NCBI RefSeq assembly: GCF_964204865.1
Contig: NC_135260.1
Coordinates: 7,874,001 to 7,938,000, forward strand
From: Styela clava
Taxonomy: Eukaryota
DNA: 64,000 bases
Direction: 5' to 3'
In this document: positions 26,015 to 36,785 of the stretch, one piece after another
Layout: each line of letters opens with the position of its first letter
How positions within the stretch are numbered: position 1 is the first letter of the stretch
Position numbers and translations under genes: made by a program
Notes under the pieces: generated by a model
The model's database searches: none
The model's input: the letters and a program-made list of their open reading frames with translations, nothing else
Told to the model about the DNA's origin: nothing

Positions 26015-27352
26015 CTACAGGCCAATCAATATGAAGACTTGCGGTACAACCTCAACTGCCAAATAAGTGAGGACTGCATAAACTATGCATTTAGAAGGTA
26101 CAACCACATCCCAGCATAAAGCAGGATTCATTTCTGTTGTTTTTTCATAACTTGATGTGCTACAAATTGAATTAGTTGAATCGGATGAAGATAACTCATC
26201 ATCTTCATTCTCTGCTTGTTTGATGTATATCGGAGGAAGCCGGAAATTTTCATTGTAATGCTTAAACCTCGTATGACCTGCATCTCTGTATGTAGAACTA
26301 CTGTAAAATTGCAATCCTAGTAATTTGAAAACAATCTCTATTACTGTCGTTACTATAAATTTCAATATGGTACGAGCTACAAAGACAAAAATAGCTCCAA
26401 CAATGAGTCGCATTGATGTTAAAAATATGAAGTTCGAAAGAGGTGTGTCTAATGGCAGTGTTTCAAGTAGCGAAGGAAATCCAAGAAGTCTGCTTCTTTG
26501 GCTTCGACCTATAATTAAACCAGTGACTACTCCAGCAAGACAGCAGTTGTCCGTAAAAGATGGGTTGCCTGGATCACATTTAGGGTGAAGATACAAAAGA
26601 GCCGCAAACAGTAGGACGCATTGAAGTGGATTTTCTACTTTTTGTTGACTAATAAAGTTATCCACAATATCATCAACTTGGAGCCATAAACTCAAAACCA
26701 GTACACCCACAAAACCACCTGATACGATGTCTGCTGGACTGTGGACTCCCAAGTATAGCCTGCTGAACATCACACTGAAAGACCATGAGCTGATAACAAG
26801 GAACAAACAGGTAAGTTGAACTGATGACAGTTCTTGATGAACATTAATGTAGATCCAAATATACCAAGGTAAAATTGTGCCGAGTAGTGAATGATGGCTA
26901 GGCAAAGCCCAGTCGTATGCCTTTTCTTCTGGTTTGACTTTGTTAAAAGGAGGACGTGGCAAGCAAAGTAGTGACTTGAAAAATCCAGCTGCATAAAACC
27001 CAATACCCATTAACACTCCAAATAAACGTCCCAATCTGCCATCAAGACACCATATTATCAGAAGAAAAAGCACTGTGTAAAAGTCTTCTGTGCCTAAAAA
27101 ACTAATCATCTTCATGAGTAAGGTTCGCTTAGGTGTCCGGTGTTTCTGAATAGTTTGGAGTACTGGAGTCCCAACCAAGATTCCATCAAGTAGTTTATGC
27201 CTCAGCCAACGACCAGCTACTCCAAGTTTGTCTATCGGTGCGTGTATGAAGTCATCTTGTCCGCCACCCTTATGCAATAATTTATATTTTTCTTCAGTCA
27301 AGTCTTTATCCATATCTTGATTGCCTCCATTCACAGTTGTTCTCTTTGACAT
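26015..27352 (-). CDS. SGPP: Sphingosine-1-phosphate phosphatase (PAP2 family), single coding exon, 445 aa
   Basis: PAP2 motifs KSLLCLPRP, PSHH and SRLYLGVHSPADIVSG; SGPP-like LGTEDFY; multiple transmembrane segments. Confidence 0.9.
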   Translation of the reverse strand: MSKRTTVNGGNQDMDKDLTEEKYKLLHKGGGQDDFIHAPIDKLGVAGRWLRHKLLDGILVGTPVLQTIQKHRTPKRTLLMKMISFLGTEDFYTVLFLLIIWCLDGRLGRLFGVLMGIGFYAAGFFKSLLCLPRPPFNKVKPEEKAYDWALPSHHSLLGTILPWYIWIYINVHQELSSVQLTCLFLVISSWSFSVMFSRLYLGVHSPADIVSGGFVGVLVLSLWLQVDDIVDNFISQQKVENPLQCVLLFAALLYLHPKCDPGNPSFTDNCCLAGVVTGLIIGRSQRSRLLGFPSLLETLPLDTPLSNFIFLTSMRLIVGAIFVFVARTILKFIVTTVIEIVFKLLGLQFYSSSTYRDAGHTRFKHYNENFRLPPIYIKQAENEDDELSSSDSTNSICSTSSYEKTTEMNPALCWDVVVPSKCIVYAVLTYLAVEVVPQVFILIGL

Positions 27353-29135
27353 ACTGAACTACTAATTTATATAATTTACAAAGTAATGTCTATTAAAAAC
27401 TAAGTAAATCTGAAAGAAAGCGATGATACAGATAAGCCATTGTTATGTAAATGCAAAGGTGAGACATAGTAATGGATTAAAACTTCTTTGTGTGGCATGT
27501 TATGCAGGAAATTATCTTCCAGTCAGCACAGTCCAAAGTTCACCTCAGTTTTTGGTAAACAGATCAGCCAGTCCAGCAGATTACTCAATACCATATAATT
27601 AATCAACTGCTTGTTATATATTTCAGTCATAAATCAATGACTGCTAATAAGTACCTATATGGCACACATATGATGATTTTCTATACATAAGCAAGTATGT
27701 ACAAGAATAAAGAAGTAGCATGGCCCATCTTAGGTTCATACTAAGCAAAAAATATTTATGAATCATACATTGTTTCATCATACTACATAACATAGAGGAA
27801 GTAAAGGCAACCTTCAAAGGACTAAGGCATAATAGTTCCATTTATGTGTTAGTCGTATGACTCCTATCCCAAGCCTATCATTGATTTTGCAATAGCAGTA
27901 TCAACACAGATAAATTATATATACATTACTCAGTGCTATTTATAATGACATTTAAAAATATATATATATAAACCCCAAAGTCAAGTTATCATCGTATCCC
28001 AAATGATTACGGTAATTAGAAACCACATTTAATAGAATTAATATTAATATCTTGAAATTATATTCATTATTTATATATAAAACATAAAGTTAGAAAACAT
28101 GCACCATAAGCATGAAAAATAATGGCATATATATAGTAAAAATGTTAAATCAATTTCATCAGAAAATACATGATTGTTTAAATTGCAATAAGAAAGGATA
28201 GCAATGCCTTACATTCTATACAAATGTCTACTATGACATGTTTGTCCATCGGGCCAAAACAAAAATTAAAATAATCATTTTTTGAAATCTGTGGAATCGA
28301 TGTGACTATAAAATCGATCCTGTACAGGCATTTCAGAAAATATGCATATGCAAATTATTCAATATCTTCACTTTCACAGCTATAAAATTTTCATTTTTTC
28401 AAAATAATTAAATAATTTGTAATAATTAGATTAGACATGTCCAAAGAAATTAAATCCCAGGATTAATTTAATCAGATTATTTCAGGTACATAAATTAAAT
28501 GTTCCTTTCTTCATTTTAGCCTTAATTTCATAGCTATATATCATAAAAATATGTCTGTTCAGAATATTTGCAATTTGTCTATTCTTATCCTAGAATATTA
28601 GATAACAATTCATACAGAGACATCCGGGATTAGAACACCCCCCATTGGAAATTCTTGGAAGACTGAAAAAGTCGCTAATATCGTGTGCGATTGCATTTTG
28701 TTAAAATTACTGATTGATTTTGTCAGCGTGATCCTTGAAACACCCCCTTTTAAAAATCATGACTACGACCCTAAGAGATCCATACAATATATCAGTTAAA
28801 ACAATAGACCTTTTCAAATATTGTCTTTTTAAACAGCTAGTATTTATCTCAAAATGAATACATGAATATGCTTAAATTATAATCTGCTACTAGAAGGAAA
28901 TATGGTATTTGAATATTGATCCCATAAACTAATGATTTATTTAAAGAGCTGATATGTTCCATTAATCTTATCCATTACGCTATTAAATAAAAAGAGTTCA
29001 CAAACAAAAAATAGTAAATACACCCTTTTTGCCAAACAATAATTTCGGCCAATTTTTACAGCCGGACTTATGCAAGGTGCCAAAAACTATTGGCCTGTGT
29101 AAATGTGTCACAAAACCTTTCTAAAGACTGATCAG

Positions 29136-29341
29136 CAGAGGAAAGCCAAAGTGGTAGTCCACCTGGGGGCCTAGTCTGAGTTTGATCTATTATTTTGAAC
29201 ATTTCATTCTCACTCGTATTCATTCCCATGTGTAACAACATCTATAATTTGTTTATTCCTAAATTATTTTTGAAGTCAGGTATAAGGGGCAATATTATCA
29301 GAAACTGGCCCTGGGCAGCAGAAAAGTTTGGCATGCCCCTG
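29136..29341. mobile_element. hAT MITE immediately after the sulfotransferase stop codon
   Basis: Termini cagaggaaagccaaa / tttggcatgcccctg; TSD ctgatcag/ctgattag. Confidence 0.65.
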
Positions 29342-29345
29342 CTGA

Positions 29346-30116
29346 TTAGTAAAGACATTTTGAAACAAGAGCATACAATAAATAAGCAATAACACAAACA
29401 ATAATAGATAAAACTATTAGTGCTTCAATGCCTGCCCTCTGAAATTTAGGATTCCCAGGTCCGCCGTCTGATTTAAAATGTGCGCCAAGTTTGTTTTTAT
29501 GGGGATATGAAATTCCTTCTGGAATTTTTTTCCCCAAAAATCTACACAAGGGCTCCCAACTATCAGAAAGTTGGAAAACAAGAAGTTTGTCTTTTTGGAC
29601 TGTATGTATTACATGGCAGTTATGCCTTCTAAACTGAGCCTTGTATAGCCTTGGATTATCAGTTAAATTCAGCATAGGTAATACAAAAGGCCCTTCAACA
29701 CCTTGGCAAAAATGAAAAACTCGCATAGCACTACGCATAAAAGCATGTCCTGTAGGAGTGATAAACATAGATAAAAACAGAGGTTTTACCCATATTGGAG
29801 AACCTGCCATCATACCAGTATAACTCTTAAACCAAGAATCTTCATCGCGAATTGATAATATAACTTTTGTCTCCGGAATCGCTCGGTGGATTTCCTCCCA
29901 AAATGCAATGACAGGACCATCAATAAACACATCAACATCTGCAAGTTGTTCCCTAATCTCTTCATCCGTCACAGTTCCATCAAAAAATTTTTTCCATAAA
30001 TTTTCAAAGTGAAATAATTGGTCATCATAGTCATAAACTTTATATCCAAGTATCTTCAATGCTTGTGCCAAACTTTTTGTTCCAGTTTTCCAAAATCCAG
30101 CACATAATATTTTCAT
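29346..30116 (-). CDS. Sulfotransferase-family protein (Sulfotransfer_4-like) with C-terminal transmembrane anchor, 256 aa, intronless
   Basis: 5'-PSB loop CAGFWKTGTKSL, 3'-PB VILSIRDEDSWFKS, W..LC.FLG..IP..YPH.N and hydrophobic tail ALIVLSIIVCVIAYLLYALV. Confidence 0.85.
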   Translation of the reverse strand: MKILCAGFWKTGTKSLAQALKILGYKVYDYDDQLFHFENLWKKFFDGTVTDEEIREQLADVDVFIDGPVIAFWEEIHRAIPETKVILSIRDEDSWFKSYTGMMAGSPIWVKPLFLSMFITPTGHAFMRSAMRVFHFCQGVEGPFVLPMLNLTDNPRLYKAQFRRHNCHVIHTVQKDKLLVFQLSDSWEPLCRFLGKKIPEGISYPHKNKLGAHFKSDGGPGNPKFQRAGIEALIVLSIIVCVIAYLLYALVSKCLY

Positions 30117-30199
30117 CTTGGTTTCAATAAAATTTGTTAATTTAGGGCCTAAACAAGAAAAACAAATGCGGTAGTCTACAACTTAAAAAATTACCTTCA

Positions 30200-31330
30200 A
30201 CAAATACCGGTACGGTACGATATGTCACGCACCACCGGTTAAACTAGAACAGTACCGGTACCCAAAGTTAAAACCGTATACTATAGCCTAGTATAGTCAC
30301 TTTTCCGGTGCCGGTACTCTACGTACAGACGTACCGGTACCGGTACCGTAACGTCAAACCCCTTACCCGGTAACCGTACTACGGCATAAGTTTATTTCGA
30401 CTACCGGTACACTATTGACATAACAGTACCGTACGGTGCGTACTACAGGTTCCAACTGATATTGGCACCATTAATCCATTCAAGATATCATTACAAAACG
30501 GACAACATACCGGTACCTTATTTAAACTATACCGGTACGGTACCGGTAGGCCTATGCCTGCAAAGTCTTCTTCACCGTCCAGCAGCGACGCCCAGTCCAT
30601 AAAAACTCAAGTGCAGTTTCAGGTATTTTGTGGCGTCTAGAGCTGCCGCAAAACCATCGCGGAATTTCCAAACCATGGCCGCTATGACCAAACCATTGAG
30701 GTGTATATAACAAACCTACACCTCAATGCAAACCTACGGCGACTGACTTTTAGCTGCCACAAACCAATGGCGGGCTGCCGTGGTTACAAAAGCAAATCGA
30801 ATACACCAATTTTGCTTTCATATGAATACAGTTTTGATGTATTTGGGGTTAGGTTTAAGTAGATATAATTCCACATGATAAACTAAAAAATTGTACATGA
30901 CTTTTTAAATATACCGACAATAGCGCGATAAACCATGGCAAGAGACGCCGCGGTACATTCGTGGCAGGAGCTGTCACGAAGTAGTAAGAACTGCGCCTCT
31001 AAAAACTAGCCGCCAGCCGACAAACTTCGTACAGGGTTGAGAAAGGATCTGTAAGAACCGCGCGTCGAGGCGTACAGAAGCAAGTTTGAAGGCGAATGCC
31101 GCCATTTGGTACTATTCTTCGCTTCCGTTTAAATTAGGTCATACGTGAAGATGATTCGAAAGTGATTTTACATTTTTAGGAAATCCTAATACCTAATTAA
31201 GAATACGGTGCGGTGGGCCCCTTTTCATACACGCTACTAGTCGTGTTTAGTATTGGGATACAAGTACTATACCGATGAAGGAAATAACTGGTTATTTACG
31301 TCTCGGCGTTCCATATTACAGGTAATCTTT
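30200..31330. promoter_or_regulatory. CpG-rich putative promoter/5' region of the minus-strand gene block
   Basis: Locally raised CpG content with dense taccggta/gtac motifs directly upstream of the sulfotransferase. A candidate 46-nt 5'UTR intron lies at 30194-30149. Confidence 0.4.
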
Positions 31331-32334
31331 GTGTGAAATTTCGAATATTCGGGGTGTTTGGACCTCATGATTTATTTAAAAATGAGGGATGTTTTCACTA
31401 TTGTGTTCGTATATTTGAGCGTTGTTGTCGTGTTTCATAATATAAGACCGATCAGATATTAGTTGGCTGACTCTAAGCGGTTTAATACAAGCGAATGTAA
31501 AAACGACAAGAGAATAGATCCGGGCTCTGCAGAACAGTCAAACAATCAAAAAAATACTGACAAGAACAACAAAACGATCTATTTCGTATGTCGTTTTATA
31601 CAAGGCTTGTCAAGTAAATGCACAAATGGGTGATCGGAATCTCGATGTGTGCCGGAAAGCTGAAATTAATATCAAAGGATTGACAAGGAAGGAAAAAATG
31701 CGCAGTTAGTGGCATCAATGACATTAAACAACATGATAGGCAACTCTGACGTCACTCCATAAGACTACAGGCAAAACATTGTATTTCATGATACGCTCCA
31801 ATGCACATATTTCTCGTCGCCTTTCGCGTCCGTTTTCCGCTCGCTCTTGCTACTCGGCGTCTTTTTTACGTGTAGTACCTGCCTTTTTGCGCCTGTAACG
31901 AAACAAAATAATCTCTATATCTAAGAAGTTTTGCTTACTTGGAAAGCTGGAATAACAGGCAAGCTGTAAAGAGCAATTCTGGACATCATAGACGTTTTTT
32001 TTTTATCAGAGAAGATTACAAACGCGATAGCGGAAAGATTTGTGTGGAACATTTTGCAGATAATGACAAAGTTCAAAGTTAGTAATTTTAATGTTTGCGC
32101 TTAACCATTGAAATTTCATTTAAAGAGGGTGTCATACAAAATTGTGCTGCGATACTATTCCATAACACAAAGTTTGCACCTATCGAACTTGCTTTTGTAG
32201 GTGAATTTATTAGACATATTACATATTCAGTTAATCGTAGGTAACATTGCTGGTACATAATGCATCGTAGATAGGTTTGTTTAAATTTAGGAATTTAGCT
32301 CATAGCCCACTAATTAATATTATCTTCTATGCAG

Positions 32335-32510
32335 GAGGTTGCAGGGCTGAATTCAACTTGCAGCCTTACCGATCACCTGACGATGCTCATTTAGTTTGGC
32401 TCGAGCAAGTCTTCTTGAAATGGCACAGTTTGGCACATTGAGATAATACATCATGACAGAAAATACAAGTTAAAGATATGTATGACCATCACATGGTAAT
32501 TAAAATTAAA
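32335..32510 (+). mobile_element. Possible P-element-like transposase relic
   Basis: Reads NLQPYRSPDDAHLVWLEQVFLKW, resembling a L.PYRS.DD.RF.WL...FL segment recalled from P/THAP9-type transposases. Short and degenerate. Confidence 0.3.
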
Positions 32511-32750
32511 AAAAAACTAATAGGGGCTGTGGAGTATGGAAAGTTCAAGACAAAGAAAAGAACAAATGTTCATAGTTCATGAACTCTCAATTTTGCCTCC
32601 ATTGCTTTGTGAAGGCCAGTATATTTCGAGTGGCTGAATTGGTTTACCTTTATGATAGCAACGATTTTGTATTTAATATAGCGAGATTATTTCAATTTAA
32701 TTGAATTGATATAATTTCCCAAAGCAATGCTTGAATCGTCTAGAATAGAT

Positions 32751-33939
32751 CAGTGGTGTCAAACTCATGGGTTTTCGAGAGCCGCATTGCATTTTGAAAA
32801 TTGTAAAAAGAGCCGCAAACAGTTTTTGATAATGTATACTTGAAAGATATTTTTAAGATAGTTTTAGTTTGTGACAGATATTGTGATGCAACTAAACAGT
32901 TGGATTAAGTTTTATTATTTTCTTCAATTTCAAATGCAATTACATATTAATATTTGCATTCCACTATTATTGCAACATTTGCAAGTTACAGTATTTATTA
33001 TAAAAAATCGTAAAATTCTATGTACAACCATCAAAATCATTTTTGAACAAGCTTTGAATAAGGAAAGAATAATACATACACTAAAAATAACTTAAACTAA
33101 ATATATGGACCTAAAATTAACAAAAATACTACAGTATAAACTCAATGTTTTAATAATTACATTTGTCCTGGCGTTTGGCATCTTTTTTGTGTCACCAGCA
33201 TACTAAGGCCAGTCTGAAATGATTTTATAGTACCAACTCTAACTAACGAGGCCACATGATCATGGGTTTATCTGGATCTTTACGAATGTCTAAATAATTC
33301 CAGTAATGCAAAAAAGTTACTTTTATCATTTCATGTATAGATCAGTAAAAAAACAAATGACAGATTTTTTCGACAAGACATTTCGCACTACATTGCGTGG
33401 CATAGGATTGCTTGAATTATTATTGATATTGATTTTTAGTAACTAAGTCGTTGTATAATTATATTAATATACAAACACATGGAAATTTTCTGTTCGAAGT
33501 TGGTCTTCGAATTTGTCATATTGACTGCTGAGCTTGTTGTGTTTTTTGATTGTATTGATGGAAATATGACAAATTAAACAATGTGCTTCAGAATTTTGTG
33601 AAGAGCAGAAATGTTACAACTCCCATTTTCTTCGAAAATGCCACCTTCTTCATGTACTTTGCGTTTAATTTAATTACTCAAGTGTTTTATTCAAGTATTC
33701 TTTTGCTAGCTTGATGTGTATTCTTAATAGGGTCAAAATGTGGACAAAAAAAATCAATATTCCAAAACTACTTTCAGTAAATTGTTTTCTGTGTGAATAA
33801 TCAATTTCACTTTAGAAGGTTTGAAAAATCTATTACATTTAGATAAAAAAAAAAAACTTCCAAAATACTATTACAATTATTGTTAAACGTTCGAGGGCCG
33901 CACTGGAAGTTCTCTGGGGCCGCGAGTTTGAGATCCCTG
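32751..33939 (-). mobile_element. Non-autonomous Buster/SPIN-type hAT element
   Basis: Termini cagtggtgtcaaactc / gagtttgagatccctg and imperfect TSD gaatagat/gtctagat. Minus-strand relic KRKVHEEGGIF..KWEL near 33620-33665. Confidence 0.7.
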
Positions 33940-35855
33940 GTCTAGATTGAAGTTGTTCAAAAAATATATGATAGTATTTTATCATGAATGATGATTATAC
34001 CCCTTCCGGAATTTCTTCTATAGTACTACCAAAAGTTGATGAACCAAATATAACACAGGTGCAGTGAGGTACCCGTAATCCTCATTTCCAAAGCTGTTTT
34101 AAGTATGTCTGGCGTGTTTTGTGCCTTTTTACAAATAAGACCGCTTATGCAATCTTACGCTTTGGAATTTTTAGTTATTTTCCTCAAGCCCTGCAGGATG
34201 TGGGGGCCATACACAACTCTACCGGAGGGTCAAATGTCTTTGCATGCCTCCATAGGTTGTTTTTCTGTTGCAATTTTCTATTTTCAAATGCATTATATTT
34301 CTTGGAATCACACTGTCACTGATATGTCGCCAGACTTCTGATATCTCCCCGTCTGCTATGGTTGTCCTGTGAATAAATAATAGAAAATTGAGATTAGACG
34401 AATAGTTGAAAGTTTTGCCTTATGTCGGCTTAATTTCTTGATTGATATACTTACTATTTCTGCTATTGCCTCTTGTGCTGCAAGAGTCTCACAATGCTTA
34501 GACAGGTTTGTCCACAACTTTCACATCTGAAGAAAGAGAGGAGATTTATTAATTTTCGTTAAGAATAAATAAAGCAGTCTATATGATTCAGAATGGAAAA
34601 GCTAATAAATCCAATATCTCATGTTTTATTTAAAAAATATTTTACTGAATTTGGTATATAAACCAACTAATAAAAGGGTTTAGTCAGAAAATTACAAGCA
34701 TTCGTGACTCCAAATACTTGAGAAATCAGACTATACAATATAGACCGGTATGAGTGAAATGTTAGGTGAACTTGTTAACACTTTGATTCAATACGCAAAT
34801 AAAAGTGAATGCGTAATAGTATGTTACAATGAGCAGCAATCAACAATGAGTATATATCCTCACTGATTAAAAAAATCTAACTGGAGGTGCATGAACTATT
34901 TGAAACCATAAGGGGTAAGTAAATATGTAATTTCGGCAAATGGGCAACTACGTACCGTACTGATTTAATAACTTCGTAGTATTTGACAAAGGCTGGCTTT
35001 CCCACATGTACTTAACAGTGCGATGCCCGGGTGTGATATACAACAATAGTATTCACCTTACCTTTTACCGATTTCTTTTTACCCCAACTTTCAAAAATAT
35101 CATTAAAATCGACAACAACTGTCAAAGCAGGCACGAACACCATTCGTGCTACGCCTTGAAAGCAGCACACATCCGCTCGTTTTCGTCTCGTCAAGTATGT
35201 GCATTGGAGCGTGCTATCGAATACGATCTTCGGACAAAAATGCCGGAGTTGCGCATCATGTTGTTTAATGTCATTGGTAGCATATAAATATTAGCTCTTG
35301 AACACAGAGATTGGAAAAGTCGCAGATATCAAATTTACTGCAACTTAAAACCATGTCGTACTACTTACTAGATATGTGTTTATTTCACGTTTATTCACGA
35401 GGGACTCTGTTCTCGTGAAATTTATGAACTTGTCCTAGTATATATTGACAGTCCTACCAAGGATAAATTACAATATCAAAGAGAGAATAAAAGTTTCACA
35501 ACCAACAATAATATGTAGTGTGAAAATAACAACACAGAATGCCACAGACAACCACTTGATGCCGGATTTTTTTTTCCGCCAGGAGATAAAAAATCGCCGT
35601 TTCGGTTATTTGGTGATTCAAGGCCGTAGAATACGAATTTATTTGATCAAATCGTAAATATGATCAAACCCCTATATGCTATATAAGAATTTTTTTTTGT
35701 CACGAGATCGATAGCTGCCATCGTCGGGAATGGAAGTTTCAGAGCTAATTTCCAATTGATTGAAAATGGGGCATAATCCGAACGTAAAACAATAAATTTA
35801 TTTCAGATTTACATTATCAGTCATTTCGATGACTATGTCGGCACTAGCTCCGAGA

Positions 35856-36370
35856 TCAGGGTAACCAGACACAGGATGTATCTTTCCAGTACTGTATATA
35901 ATTTAAAGTTGTGTACCAAACCATCTGTTCCACACAACATAAAGATTTGATAACCTCATTTTTGGGAAAATATTGTTTCAGGTTCAGCCCTGACTTCCCA
36001 GTAAACGGAATAATCAGCTTGTCTATACATAAAAATAGTTCTCGATGCAATAGTATAAATTGTGCTTCAAGCATTTCTAATGGGGGACTGATTTTGATCA
36101 ATCTATCTTGACAAAAATCAGCATCGCCATGAGGTAACTCGTTGTTATTGCAATAAAACATTTTTTATTTTCTCGATCGATCACCATTGCATCGGCGACC
36201 CAGTTGGTTTTTGTTTTCGCAGTCCAAAACATACGTGTTCTGGGTAGACGAAAAATAAGCACGTAAACGACCAGGCCGGAAAATCTCTCCATTTCTGGAA
36301 TTGTAAGGTGTTTAGCCTTAGAGGGATCGCTTTGGCTCGCATAAATATTGGTTTCCGCAACTATTGATGC
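35856..36370 (-). mobile_element. piggyBac transposase relic (frameshifted)
   Basis: PRTRMFW, DRLIKISPPL and LCIDKLIIPFTGKSGLNLKQYFPK match the piggyBac DRL.KIRP and IDE.MIPFKG...KQY.P.K motifs. No termini identified. Confidence 0.75.
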
Positions 36371-36372
36371 AT

Positions 36373-36626
36373 GAGGATAGAATAGACATATTTATCCCGG
36401 GAGAAGAAAGCCGATAATACCTCTTAATCATATGGCAAACCACGGCCTCTCGTCCAGTTACTAGTTCATGTCGGGTATAGGTCTTATGGGATTAGTTAGC
36501 CAGGTATTTGTTTTCAGATGCATGGACTTGGCAGTGAAGGAAGCCGTAACCGAACAGCAGTTACATGAACCATTCTACGGTGGACGAGGAGTCAAGCAAT
36601 ACACACATAATTAACCTCGCATGGGG
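36373..36626 (-). mobile_element. tRNA-derived SINE copy (5'-truncated)
   Basis: Reverse complement resembles 63195-63438. Confidence 0.7.
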
Positions 36627-36785
36627 TCAAGAAAATAGTCCAAATTATCGAGTCAAAAAATAATTTAAAATGTATAATTGGTGCTCGCACTAGCTGTTTC
36701 CGATTCATACTGACGGCCTTTCTATACAGGCAGATTTCGTACTGATTCTGGGTCACTTTTCTGCATAAATCTCCATACGGGCTTC

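Noticed and set aside
30205-30550. CRISPR-like or regular tandem array interpretation of the GTAC repeats
   Set aside because: No constant repeat/spacer periodicity, and the context is eukaryotic.
30412-30600. ORF MDWASLLDGEEDFAG as a possible first coding exon of the sulfotransferase
   Set aside because: No convincing GT donor in phase, and the sulfotransferase domain is complete from ATG 30116.
31275-32496. Apparent plus-strand exons (donor at 31322, acceptor at 32334) as a coding gene
   Set aside because: Joining them gives a stop within five codons; they may be non-coding exons or transposon debris.
34940-35080. Possible Penelope GIY-YIG relic on the minus strand
   Set aside because: Requires several frameshifts; too degenerate to support.
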